A stretch of DNA of 64,000 bases from Candidatus Uhrbacteria bacterium (GTDB lineage: Bacteria > Patescibacteriota > Patescibacteriia > UBA9934 > GWF2-40-263), in NCBI GenBank assembly GCA_016188425.1, contig JACPHX010000003.1, forward strand, positions 18,606 to 82,605. Direction: 5' to 3'. Shown in pieces: positions 11,573 to 20,444 of the stretch. The notes under the pieces are model-generated. The model made no database searches, was not told where the DNA came from, and saw nothing but the letters and a program-made list of their open reading frames with translations. The position numbers and the translations under genes are program-made. The first letter of the stretch is position 1. Every line of letters starts with the position of its first letter.

Positions 11573-12118
11573 ATGCACGACACCTTCGCCCTCTTCGGGC
11601 TCGTCGATGAAAAATCTGGTCGACGGATCGACGCCGCGAGACAGCGTCTCTCTCTGAAGACCGGCAACGACCGCGCACTTCGGTTCCCGCCCCACGTCAC
11701 GATCGTCGGCCGAGTTCGCGCCGAGCGGAGACGCATGAAGGAGGTCGCCGAACCCCTCCTGCTTTCCCTCGCGAGACTGGCCGCTGAGCCGCAAGAACTG
11801 GCGCTCGGTAGCCCGAGTTTCGTTCCTCCAGATCTTCTCTGGCTACCGGTCAGTTCCAGTTCCGTGCTCAAGGGTCTTCACGAGACGGCTAAGGACCGAT
11901 TGGATCAGATAACTGAGGATCTGATGGACCCATCATTTCAGCGCACGGGCTACCAGCCACACATAACCTTGGGATGGGGAGTCACGAGCGACGCCTCGGA
12001 GCCACTACTCGACGCCTCCCTCCCTCGAGTCACGATGGTCGCATTAGCCGTCGCTCTATACCCCGAGACGTGGGAAAATTACGGAAAGGTTCGGGTATGG
12101 CGCACGGCCGAACTCTGA
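11573..12118 (+). CDS. 2H phosphoesterase (2'-5' RNA ligase/LigT family)
   Basis: Two HxT motifs, PPHVTI and QPHITL. Confidence 0.8.
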   Translation: MHDTFALFGLVDEKSGRRIDAARQRLSLKTGNDRALRFPPHVTIVGRVRAERRRMKEVAEPLLLSLARLAAEPQELALGSPSFVPPDLLWLPVSSSSVLKGLHETAKDRLDQITEDLMDPSFQRTGYQPHITLGWGVTSDASEPLLDASLPRVTMVALAVALYPETWENYGKVRVWRTAEL

Positions 12119-12394
12119 TGCAATCGATTGTTTGCATGTCCGATCCTGCACTTTTCGCGCATCGTCCGCCTACTCCGTCCAGTGGCGCAACGTGTACAGT
12201 TCCAGGCTGCTTCGCAATGCGACCACGCTCGATCATCGAGTTCCATGGTGGTTCGCCCTCCCCGTGTGCATGGACAATCGAAAGGCGACATGGCTTGGAG
12301 TTGCTCGCAGTGACGAGCCAGTGCGAGAGATCGTAACGCAATGGGCCTCTCGGACGATGGATAGGTAACGACCTCCCTTGCGAAAGGACCGAAG

Positions 12395-13126
12395 ATGGCC
12401 AAATCTACGATCGAATGGACGGAGTCAACCTGGAACCCCGTGACGGGGTGTACCAAGATCAGCCCCGGGTGCAAATACTGCTACGCCGAGCGAATGGCGA
12501 AGCGACTTCGAGCGATGGGTCAAAGGAATTACCGTAACGGCTTCCAACTCACCCTCCATCCGCACATGCTCGACCGACCGCTACGCTGGAGGAAGCCGCA
12601 GACGATTTTCGTGAATTCGATGAGCGACCTGTTTCACGCGGAGGTGCCAGTCGAGTACATCCAGCGTGTCTTCGACATCATGTCGCGGGCACACAGGCAC
12701 CGCTTCCAGATTCTTACCAAGCGCTCCGCGCGTCTCGCCGAGGTCAGCCCCAGCCTCCCGTGGCCGGAGAACGTGTGGATGGGCGTGAGCGTTGAAAGCG
12801 CGGCCTACAAATTCCGGAGCGACGACCTGAGAAAGTCAGAAGCCCAGACGAAATTTCTTTCGCTGGAGCCACTTCTGGGTCCGCTCCCGAATCTCGACCT
12901 TCACGAAATCGACTGGGTCATCGTCGGCGGTGAGTCAGGGCCCGGCGCAAGAGGCATCCGAGCGGACTGGGTGACCGATATTCGCGATCAGTGTCTTCGC
13001 GCGAATGTTTCATTTTTCTTCAAACAATGGGGCGGTGTGAACAAGAAGACTACCGGTCGGGCACTGGAAGGAAGGACTTGGAACGAATTGCCTCGCACCC
13101 GCCTTCTGCCCGTCATCACGTCGTAG
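12395..13126 (+). CDS. Phage Gp37/Gp68 (DUF5131) radical-SAM-like protein
   Basis: [52 protein letters not shown]. Confidence 0.92.
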   Translation: MAKSTIEWTESTWNPVTGCTKISPGCKYCYAERMAKRLRAMGQRNYRNGFQLTLHPHMLDRPLRWRKPQTIFVNSMSDLFHAEVPVEYIQRVFDIMSRAHRHRFQILTKRSARLAEVSPSLPWPENVWMGVSVESAAYKFRSDDLRKSEAQTKFLSLEPLLGPLPNLDLHEIDWVIVGGESGPGARGIRADWVTDIRDQCLRANVSFFFKQWGGVNKKTTGRALEGRTWNELPRTRLLPVITS

Positions 13127-13127
13127 G

Positions 13128-13667
13128 ATGCAATCGATTGCATCTGTGTTGGAACGGTCGGAACCGATCCCGAAAGACTGGAACGAGGCAGCGCAAATGA
13201 AACCCAATATTGACGATCTTATCAAAGCTCGCGACGAGGATGAAACAGACCCTAAGAGAATTAGAGAGGAGGTCACCAGAAAATTGTACGAAGAACACCA
13301 TGATCAGTTGGGAAAAAGGATTGCCAGAGTCAAAGCATCAGATCCGGATCTCAATCAAGACGATATTGACGAAATCCGAAGCACCTTCGAAGCATCCCTT
13401 CGAAGGAAACATTCCGCGTACATAAAAGCGGAGACGCTTCGGTCTTTAGATTTACATCAAATCACCAAAACCAAGGCCGATTCGATTGGCAGAATCATCT
13501 TAGCGCTCGAAGATCTGGAATGGAGTCCTCATGATTTTTGGGAGAGGCTACGGGCATCATGGGACACGGAGCAACTCGATAGAGCCATATTTCATTTTGA
13601 GAAAACAGGAGATGTTTCGCCTTTTCGGTATCTCCGTCCACCACGATCTCTCGGTTCAACGAGATAA
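13128..13667 (+). CDS. Hypothetical protein
   Basis: 179-aa charged helical ORF starting 1 nt after the DUF5131 stop. Confidence 0.5.
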   Translation: MQSIASVLERSEPIPKDWNEAAQMKPNIDDLIKARDEDETDPKRIREEVTRKLYEEHHDQLGKRIARVKASDPDLNQDDIDEIRSTFEASLRRKHSAYIKAETLRSLDLHQITKTKADSIGRIILALEDLEWSPHDFWERLRASWDTEQLDRAIFHFEKTGDVSPFRYLRPPRSLGSTR

Positions 13668-13928
13668 CGAGGTAGCCGCAACTTTTGTGACCGCGCCTCA
13701 TGTGGTCCATCGCTCACCTACGTGATTTTTGCAAGGCCGAGAACCGGAACGGGATTGGTCTCGCTGTGGAAAGAAGTTCGAACGTCGTCAATACTGGGGC
13801 ACCAGCCGTCGCTCCATCAAGTTTTTATAATTGATGGACCGACGGCTGTCCTCCGTAGCTCGCACCGAGCGAAGGAGGACCTATGTCTTGATCCTGAGAT
13901 GGAGCTATGGCTGGCACGGCCAACAAGG

Positions 13929-13960
13929 AAGACACTTTGAAAGAAGTGTCTTTTTTGTTT
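13929..13960 (+). terminator. Intrinsic terminator (native tRNA-Leu downstream region)
   Basis: AAGACACTT/AAGTGTCTT stem followed by TTTTGTTT. Confidence 0.7.
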
Positions 13961-13976
13961 CTTGCCTCCATAAGAC

Positions 13977-14005
13977 TTGCCCACCTGTCCCATTCCCGTT
14001 AGCAT
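13977..14005 (+). promoter_or_regulatory. Putative promoter of tRNA-Val
   Basis: TTGCCC-17 nt-TAGCAT, 12 nt upstream of the tRNA. Confidence 0.5.
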
Positions 14006-14017
14006 GTCCGTGCCCAC

Positions 14018-14094
14018 GGACGCTTAGCTCAGCCGGTTAGAGCGACTCGTTTACACCGAGTAGGCCGCAGGTTCGAATCCTGCAGCGTCCACCA
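14018..14094 (+). tRNA. tRNA-Val(TAC)
   Basis: GGACGCT/AGCGTCC-ACCA acceptor, ACTCG-TTTACAC-CGAGT anticodon arm, GGTTCGAATCC T-arm. Confidence 0.96.
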
Positions 14095-15680
14095 TAAAGA
14101 ACTTCTTCATTTTTGGAGGAGTTTTTTGTATTTGCGACAAGTGCTTTTTCCGCTAAAGGAAAGACTTTTCCGAGTACGTCCCCACCATTTGGCTCGTGGT
14201 TCAACAGCAACTTTTGAGCTTGAATCAAATAATTGGCTGCTTTCAATTTTTCAATCGCAGGAATGGCTTGAATTAGCAGAGTTTGACCTTTTAGCTCGCG
14301 GTTCGAACTTAAAACGTTCAATACTTTTCTTTTGACCAAAGGATTGAGTTCTTTGAATTTAAACGGAAGATAATCGAAGACCTGAATCATTTCCATGGTG
14401 AGCTTCCAGAGGACATCTTCCTTCACATCTTCCATCTCGCCAATTTGAAGCCGCAGCGCGTGACGCAGTTCGGTAAGCTCATTCTTGCGAGACAAGCCCT
14501 CGTCAGACGTGAAGTAACCGTCCAGAACGGCTTTGTTGAGTTTTTCAAGCTGTTGATCAATTTGACCGAGCTTCAAATCCAAAGCTTTGCGTTTTGCCTG
14601 ATTATCAACGCGAATCTTGGAAGATAAACGAGCAATGGCCTCTTTGGCATAAACCATGAATTCATCGGCCAGCTCGTACTTTGCCAGATACGCAATGATT
14701 TGATCCTCAATGCGATCCTCACGAATCGTTTGGCGACATTTTGGGTTATGGCACTCAAGATATGTATGGGCTTTGTGGATAGAAGAAACCAAAAAACGAC
14801 CGCACTCACACTTAATCATTTTGGCGTAAGTGAAGTCGTGCAGCACTTTATTTTTTTGAGTTCTTCCATCCAAAATTTCCTGAACCTGATCAAAGAGCTT
14901 TTTGCTGATGATGGTGTCTTGATTACCTTCGTAGAAAGTAGGCTCCGTAGCCCCCTTCTTTTTCCACCGCAACATTCCGTGATAAAAAGGATTTCGAAGC
15001 ATTATATAAAACATGCTCTGGCGAATCGGGTTGCCGCTCGTATTTGTCATGCCACGCTTTCGCATGTATTCGCACAGTGTCACCGCTGAATAGTTGCCAG
15101 TGGCAAACAGTTCGAAGCTCTCCTTCACAAAAGGGGCAACCTTCGGGTCGAGCTGTTTCTTTTTGTGATCCTCGTCAACGCCTTTAATACCGCTTCGATA
15201 ACCGATCGGTGGCGGAGCTGGAAAATATCCCCTAAGTAAACACTCTTCCATTTTTGTACTGACTTCCTCCGACAGGTTTTCCGAATACCAGACAGCCATG
15301 TTACAGAAATTGCGGAAAGCCAGACGCCCTGCGGCACGGCTCGTATCAAATTCGCCCTCGATCACGATCATCTTCTTTTTATTCTTCGTGACCATTTGAT
15401 CAAGTAATGCGAAGTCGGCGACGTTTCGAGAGCTGCGATCCAATTTATGAAAAATAACCCCTTCTATTTCAGGGGTTGAGAGACGTTCAAGCATTGCAGT
15501 GAACTGCGTACGCTTTCCTTTGAAGCCAGATTTGGCCTCGCTGTACCATTCCACGATTTCACATTCCTTGCGCTCTGCGTATTCAGTGATAATGCGTTTT
15601 TGAGCAGGTAGAGAATTGTCCATCTCGGCCTGCGCTTTTGTGGAAACGCGACAATAGGCTACATACTTCTTCATAGGCAT
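14037..15680 (-). CDS. Large serine recombinase (prophage integrase), integrated-state isoform
   Basis: YCRVST catalytic Ser, KLDRSSRN, recombinase domain (LRNPFYHG), zinc ribbon C.CG...C..C, coiled coil. The last 17 aa are read from the antisense tRNA. Confidence 0.95.
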   Translation of the reverse strand: MPMKKYVAYCRVSTKAQAEMDNSLPAQKRIITEYAERKECEIVEWYSEAKSGFKGKRTQFTAMLERLSTPEIEGVIFHKLDRSSRNVADFALLDQMVTKNKKKMIVIEGEFDTSRAAGRLAFRNFCNMAVWYSENLSEEVSTKMEECLLRGYFPAPPPIGYRSGIKGVDEDHKKKQLDPKVAPFVKESFELFATGNYSAVTLCEYMRKRGMTNTSGNPIRQSMFYIMLRNPFYHGMLRWKKKGATEPTFYEGNQDTIISKKLFDQVQEILDGRTQKNKVLHDFTYAKMIKCECGRFLVSSIHKAHTYLECHNPKCRQTIREDRIEDQIIAYLAKYELADEFMVYAKEAIARLSSKIRVDNQAKRKALDLKLGQIDQQLEKLNKAVLDGYFTSDEGLSRKNELTELRHALRLQIGEMEDVKEDVLWKLTMEMIQVFDYLPFKFKELNPLVKRKVLNVLSSNRELKGQTLLIQAIPAIEKLKAANYLIQAQKLLLNHEPNGGDVLGKVFPLAEKALVANTKNSSKNEEVLYGGRCRIRTCGLLGVNESL

Positions 15681-16204
15681 TATTTTGATTTAGAAGGCTT
15701 TTTCTTACCCTTCGGAATGCTCTCGCCTTTATTAATGACCGCATATAGCTCCAAGAGCTTCTCTTTTTCGTCTTTTTCAAGTTCAAGAATACGCAAAATC
15801 ATATCGCGCTCTTCCTTGTCCTTCTGCATGATCTCCTCGATCAGGCGCTTCGTGTCTGGATTCACAACCACATTATTGGCATGGCCGTTCACGATAACGT
15901 TTGAGTCACCGCCTCCAGCCAAAATACCACTAGCCTGAATCAGCGAAGAAAGCTCATCGAACTTCTTGGCTTTTTCGGCAAACGCGGTCAATTCAGGGTT
16001 ATCTTCCCCGAAAAAGTAAGAAAGGGGCTTTTGAAGAGCCTTGGCAACGTCGGGCACGTATTTCTCGGGGTTCTTGATAAACCCGCTTTCGACTTTTTGA
16101 ATTGTGTTGGAAACCGCGCCGATCTTGCGAGAAAGCTCCATCTGGGACATCCCAGCTTCCTCTCTCGCCCGAATAATGCGGTTAACGATGGCATTTAGAG
16201 ACAT
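15680..16204 (-). CDS. XRE-family HTH prophage repressor
   Basis: AREEAGMSQMELSRKIG...IQKVESG; divergent from the lytic operon. Confidence 0.85.
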   Translation of the reverse strand: MSLNAIVNRIIRAREEAGMSQMELSRKIGAVSNTIQKVESGFIKNPEKYVPDVAKALQKPLSYFFGEDNPELTAFAEKAKKFDELSSLIQASGILAGGGDSNVIVNGHANNVVVNPDTKRLIEEIMQKDKEERDMILRILELEKDEKEKLLELYAVINKGESIPKGKKKPSKSK

Positions 16205-16258
16205 GTGAGTAAAGGTTAATGATTAAAGAATAAAGGCAATGTTCCCGTTCTGTATTGA

Positions 16259-16356
16259 AGTATAGGAAAGATTAGAATAATAGTCAAGACTAATAACGGA
16301 AAGTTATCAACAGTCATACCAATTTTTCTTGACAATCTATTCTAAAAGAGTATGAT
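16259..16356. promoter_or_regulatory. Divergent lysis/lysogeny promoters
   Basis: Leftward TTGACT(16287-82)-17-TATACT(16264-59); rightward TTGACA(16329-34)-16-TATGAT(16351-56). Both spacers contain TATTCTAA. Confidence 0.7.
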
Positions 16357-16444
16357 GAACAGTGAAGGAACAGGAAGATGGCTTAGAATGCATATATTTT
16401 TTACCTCCAACTGTTCCGAAATGGAATAACTAACTTGTAAGAAA

Positions 16445-16672
16445 ATGGGCAGACCCTACGCAACAACTTCAGAAACTAGACAAAAAATGTGGGCGCTTTG
16501 GCTCAAAGGCTTCACGTTTATTGAGATTGCCCGCCAATTTAAAACTTACCGTCAAAAGACAAGGTCGATTGTCCTTGCCTACGATCCCACGTTTGAACAA
16601 TTCAAGCAGCACGACGAAAACCGTCGGATCAGGCAAATGGCGGGAAAGCTTTCCCCTAACTTAAATCCATGA
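16445..16672 (+). CDS. Small HTH protein (Cro-like position)
   Basis: GFTFIEIARQF HTH; first gene of the rightward operon. Confidence 0.65.
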   Translation: MGRPYATTSETRQKMWALWLKGFTFIEIARQFKTYRQKTRSIVLAYDPTFEQFKQHDENRRIRQMAGKLSPNLNP

Positions 16673-16675
16673 GGT

Positions 16676-16852
16676 ATGTCCAATACAACACAAGAAAAAT
16701 GGACTCCTCAAGAAGAGGAGATTATCGGGTTCTTCATGGATTTAATACCAGTCCTTCAAGAGGTAAAGGCCGACTTAGAGCAGAAAGGCCTCCTTAATAA
16801 AGCAGTATGTGTGAGCGGCGGAGAGTCTGCTCCGCAGCCCATTAACTCTTAA
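16676..16852 (+). CDS. Small hypothetical protein (58 aa)
   Basis: Manual translation MSNTTQEKWTPQEEEIIGFFMDL...PINS*; fills the gap between neighbours and is below the track cutoff. Confidence 0.5.
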   Translation: MSNTTQEKWTPQEEEIIGFFMDLIPVLQEVKADLEQKGLLNKAVCVSGGESAPQPINS

Positions 16853-16856
16853 TCAT

Positions 16857-17192
16857 ATGCAAATACAAGTTTTCTCAGACGAATGGTGGTTCCAGCTGAC
16901 AGTCATGCTCATCCTCATCAGCGGGTTCGCACTAACGCTCTGCATCATGGAACTCGCGGTCTGCATATGGGCGGAGCTGACTGGGCGGCAGACAGACCTG
17001 CCAACGCAAGAAAGCGTACACCGATTCTTCATGAGAATCAGGCTCGCGCTGATCCGAAGGCGGAGACGCAAAGCCTACAAGAACCAACCACTTAATAATT
17101 TAATCACCAAATCTTATGACCAAAACACTAGCCATATCGGCACAAGACGCGGGCGCAATCTGGCAAGAACAGACAAAACTCGCCGAGGTTAA
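16857..17192 (+). CDS. Hypothetical membrane protein
   Basis: N-terminal TM helix and basic tail; co-oriented. Confidence 0.45.
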   Translation: MQIQVFSDEWWFQLTVMLILISGFALTLCIMELAVCIWAELTGRQTDLPTQESVHRFFMRIRLALIRRRRRKAYKNQPLNNLITKSYDQNTSHIGTRRGRNLARTDKTRRG

Positions 17193-18036
17193 GAAAATTT
17201 ACGGCAAAGACCTGACGGACTCGGAATTCGCAATCCTCGTCCAGATAGGCCAAGCCACGCACCTGAACCCCTTCTTGCGGGAAATCTGGGCGGTGAAATA
17301 CGGAACCAGCCCCGCTCAAATCTTTATCGGGCGCGACGGCTACCGCAAGGCAGCCCAATCGAATCCAGACTACGACTACCACTTGGCGGACGCGGTCTAC
17401 CAAAACGACGACTTCAAGATCGAAGACGGCGAGGTTCGCCATACCTATTCAGGAAAGGATCGCGGAGCTCTGGTCGGCGCCTACTGCGTGGTGAAAAGAA
17501 AAAGCTCCACCAAGACAATGTTCAACTTCGTCGACATCAAGGAATACAGCACGGGCAAAAGCCTCTGGGTCGGCAAGCCAGCAACAATGATTAAGAAGGT
17601 GGCCGAAGCTCAAGGATTGCGCATGGCCTTCCAGCAACTCTTTGCGGGAACCTATGACGAAACCGAGGCTTGGGAAGAACCAGCAAAATCACTACCACAA
17701 CCAAAAGAAGAAAAGCGCATTCAGCCAAAAACTGGAGAGGCGCTTTTTGTGGCATGGAACGAACTCTGGGATTTGTACATGGAAAAGTATCCCGATGAAC
17801 GCACCGACACTGGCGAACTGAAATTCTCGCCCGAGAAATCCGAAGCTACCCGCAAGCTGACCTTCCTCAAGAACTACAAAAAGGAAAGCTCAACCGAGCT
17901 GACCGATAAGGAAGCCAAAGACTTCATCTGCCGCTGCGAAGAAAAAATCGCGGAACTAAAGAAACTTCCCGAACCGACTAAAGCGCAGGAAGTTTCCGTG
18001 AAGCAGATGAAGAAATCACCTGCCCTAGCAGGATAA
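17116..18036 (+). CDS. bet: Phage recombination protein Bet (RecT-like annealase)
   Basis: LNPFLREIWAVKY, IFIGRDGYRK.A, W...PATMIKKVAE.Q.LR.AF. Confidence 0.88.
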   Translation: MTKTLAISAQDAGAIWQEQTKLAEVKKIYGKDLTDSEFAILVQIGQATHLNPFLREIWAVKYGTSPAQIFIGRDGYRKAAQSNPDYDYHLADAVYQNDDFKIEDGEVRHTYSGKDRGALVGAYCVVKRKSSTKTMFNFVDIKEYSTGKSLWVGKPATMIKKVAEAQGLRMAFQQLFAGTYDETEAWEEPAKSLPQPKEEKRIQPKTGEALFVAWNELWDLYMEKYPDERTDTGELKFSPEKSEATRKLTFLKNYKKESSTELTDKEAKDFICRCEEKIAELKKLPEPTKAQEVSVKQMKKSPALAG

Positions 18037-18057
18037 CAATAATTAACCAATCCTACT

Positions 18058-18480
18058 ATGAAAAAACTTCATATTCGCCCAGTCGAGGCGAGCAACAACG
18101 GCAAAAAGGAACGTTGGTGGGCGGTTCAGGAAAAGGATGAACACGGAAACTTTGTGACACTCATCAACGGAATATTCTCGCATGCCTATCCTCGGCGCGA
18201 GATGGCGATGGAAGCCCGCGAAATGTTGCTTAAGAAAGCCGAGAGCAAACATCCTCGCAGCGTCTACACCCACCGCTACTACGAGGAAGAAGACTACAAC
18301 TACTTGAGCCAAAAAGGATATTCGGACGAAGAGATCGAGGAAATCTGGAACCGCGACATCAAGCACGACATCGTCTCGAATTTGCTCTGGCTCGAAGTGA
18401 ATGAACCAGAGGTGGCAAAAGACGTACTCGCCGAGTACGAACGCCTCAGAGAAAACAATCCTTACAAATCTAACTCTTAA
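18058..18480 (+). CDS. Hypothetical phage protein
   Basis: 140-aa ORF in the operon with plausible codon usage. Confidence 0.6.
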   Translation: MKKLHIRPVEASNNGKKERWWAVQEKDEHGNFVTLINGIFSHAYPRREMAMEAREMLLKKAESKHPRSVYTHRYYEEEDYNYLSQKGYSDEEIEEIWNRDIKHDIVSNLLWLEVNEPEVAKDVLAEYERLRENNPYKSNS

Positions 18481-18484
18481 CACT

Positions 18485-19447
18485 ATGATCAGAACCGCTG
18501 AAAGCGTCAGCCCAATGCACCCCGACAAAATGTGCGACCGAATCTCGGACGCAATTCTCGACGCCTATCTCAAAGAAGATAAGAATGCGCGTTGCGCCAT
18601 CGAGGTCATGGGCGGGCACGAGCTCATCCAAGTGATGGGCGAAGTAACATCAAACGCAAAGCCAGACATTCGAGAGATTGTCCGCAGGATCGCTGGCAAC
18701 CTCGAATGCAATATCCACCTCGTAACCCAATCGCCCGAGATAGCCCAAGGCGTGGACAAAGGCGGAGCTGGCGACCAAGGAATCATGGTCGGCTACGCCT
18801 GCAATGAAAACGAGGCGCTCATTCCGCGAGAACTGTATCTTGCGCGAAGCCTTTGCAAGCACCTTTACGAACTTCATCCCGATGACGGCAAAACGCAAAT
18901 CACCGTGGGTGAAGACGGCAAAGTGGCCGTGATCATAGCCTCATGGCGAAACATCACATCGGCCAAGCTCTACAAGGAAATCATGCTCTGGGTCGAGAAA
19001 GAAAAGATCGCCTTCATAAAGAACGCGCAAATCACAATGAACTCCGCTGGCGACTGGGATAAAGGCGGATTCGACGCCGACACTGGACTCACGGGAAGAA
19101 AAATCGTCGTGGATGCCTATGGCAGCCGCGTGCCAGTCGGCGGCGGAGCCTTCTCAGGAAAAGACGCCACAAAGGTTGACCGCTCAGGCGCTTACAAGGC
19201 CAGACAGGAAGCCGTGAGACTGCTTAAAGAAAGAAACGCGAAAGAAGTAACCGTCTTCGTCGCCTATGCGATCGGACAAGAAAAACCAGTGCAAGCGACC
19301 GCGATAATTGACGGCAAAGAAGAGGAACTCGATTTGGAACGGTTCACACCGCAAGCCATCATCGAGGTTCTTGAACTTGATCAGCCCATCTATGAGCAAA
19401 CCGCCGAATGGGGACATTTCGGCAACGGCTTTAGGTGGGATTATTAA
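18485..19447 (+). CDS. metK: S-adenosylmethionine synthetase (phage-borne, compact)
   Basis: ESVSPMHPDK.CD.ISD, QSPEIAQGV, GAGDQG, DGKTQ, DTGLTGRKIVVD.YG, GGGAFSGKD.TKVDRS. Confidence 0.93.
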   Translation: MIRTAESVSPMHPDKMCDRISDAILDAYLKEDKNARCAIEVMGGHELIQVMGEVTSNAKPDIREIVRRIAGNLECNIHLVTQSPEIAQGVDKGGAGDQGIMVGYACNENEALIPRELYLARSLCKHLYELHPDDGKTQITVGEDGKVAVIIASWRNITSAKLYKEIMLWVEKEKIAFIKNAQITMNSAGDWDKGGFDADTGLTGRKIVVDAYGSRVPVGGGAFSGKDATKVDRSGAYKARQEAVRLLKERNAKEVTVFVAYAIGQEKPVQATAIIDGKEEELDLERFTPQAIIEVLELDQPIYEQTAEWGHFGNGFRWDY

Positions 19448-19466
19448 TTTTTTACCAATCTTAACG

Positions 19467-20423
19467 ATGAAAAATATGAAAACTTTAATCACTAAATCGC
19501 AGCTCGCGAACTTCCCAGTACCGTACCTGTCGATGTCCGCGATCCGCAATTACCTGACTGACAGACAGTCGTTCTTCAGACGCTATGTGCGCCTTGAATT
19601 CGACGAGAAAGAAAGCCCCGCCCTACTCGAAGGCAAAACCCTTCATGCGATTATCGAAGGCTATTGGAAAGCCAAGCAGGAAGGCAAAGAATTTAACTGG
19701 AGCGAAGCGGTCGATCTGGCTCTGCAGGATTTTAGTCAACGAGATGTCGCAGGCGTGGTCGACTGGGGAAAAACAGGAAGCTTTGAGAAATCCGCAAAGA
19801 GCGTGATCCAAGCGGCTGAATTTTATCAGGCAGCTATACCCGACTACAAAGAAATCGTGGCCGTGGAAAAGAAATTCGTTTCCGACTTCGAAGACCTCGA
19901 CGGCAAAACCATGCCGATAGCCCTGAAAGGCTTCTGCGATTTGATCGTAAAAGACGGAGACGATTACATCATCGTCGACCACAAAACGGTGACCATGGTG
20001 AAAGAGCAAAATGAATTGGCGCCAGCCTTTGAAATGCAAGCAGCAGTTTACTGGTTCCTGATCCGCAAAGAGTTCGGAGTGAACCCTAAGAGAATGATCT
20101 TCGACCAGATCAAGAAGACAAAATGCCGCGACGGATCACCGCAGGTCGTGCCGTATGTGATCGAATACACTCCCGTGATTCTGCAACGCTTCCTCGAGAT
20201 TTACGGCCGCGTGGTGCGAGAGCTTGCTGGCCAACCGCTTATCGACGAAGAGACGGGCATCGTGCAATTCCTGCCAAACCCATTCGCCGCCTTCGGCTGG
20301 GAAGAGTCATGGCAGGACTTCTGCGAAGAGGTCGATACGCAGAGGCAGTGGACGCTCGGCGAAATCAAAACGATCCAGCAAAACCGCTACTCCGACAAGG
20401 GAGTGGAAGCTTTGGATATCTAG
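19467..20423 (+). CDS. PD-(D/E)XK exonuclease (RecB-like; likely Bet partner)
   Basis: YLSMSAI, G..LH, VAVEK, LKGFCDL, IVDHKT, Q...Y. Confidence 0.8.
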   Translation: MKNMKTLITKSQLANFPVPYLSMSAIRNYLTDRQSFFRRYVRLEFDEKESPALLEGKTLHAIIEGYWKAKQEGKEFNWSEAVDLALQDFSQRDVAGVVDWGKTGSFEKSAKSVIQAAEFYQAAIPDYKEIVAVEKKFVSDFEDLDGKTMPIALKGFCDLIVKDGDDYIIVDHKTVTMVKEQNELAPAFEMQAAVYWFLIRKEFGVNPKRMIFDQIKKTKCRDGSPQVVPYVIEYTPVILQRFLEIYGRVVRELAGQPLIDEETGIVQFLPNPFAAFGWEESWQDFCEEVDTQRQWTLGEIKTIQQNRYSDKGVEALDI

Positions 20424-20444
20424 CAATTATCACTATGTAAACCT

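Larger units (their letters stand above)
8281..13804. mobile_element. Decayed LSR-type integrative island at the tRNA-Leu 3' end (core GCACCA at 8281-8286 and 13799-13804)
   Basis: Integrase remnant reads into the tRNA. The second GCACCA is followed by a host-like hairpin and terminator. The integrase frame continues at the right end. Confidence 0.75.

Noticed and set aside
12119-12394. Short overlapping ORFs between the 2H gene and DUF5131
   Set aside because: No recognisable motifs and mutually conflicting frames.
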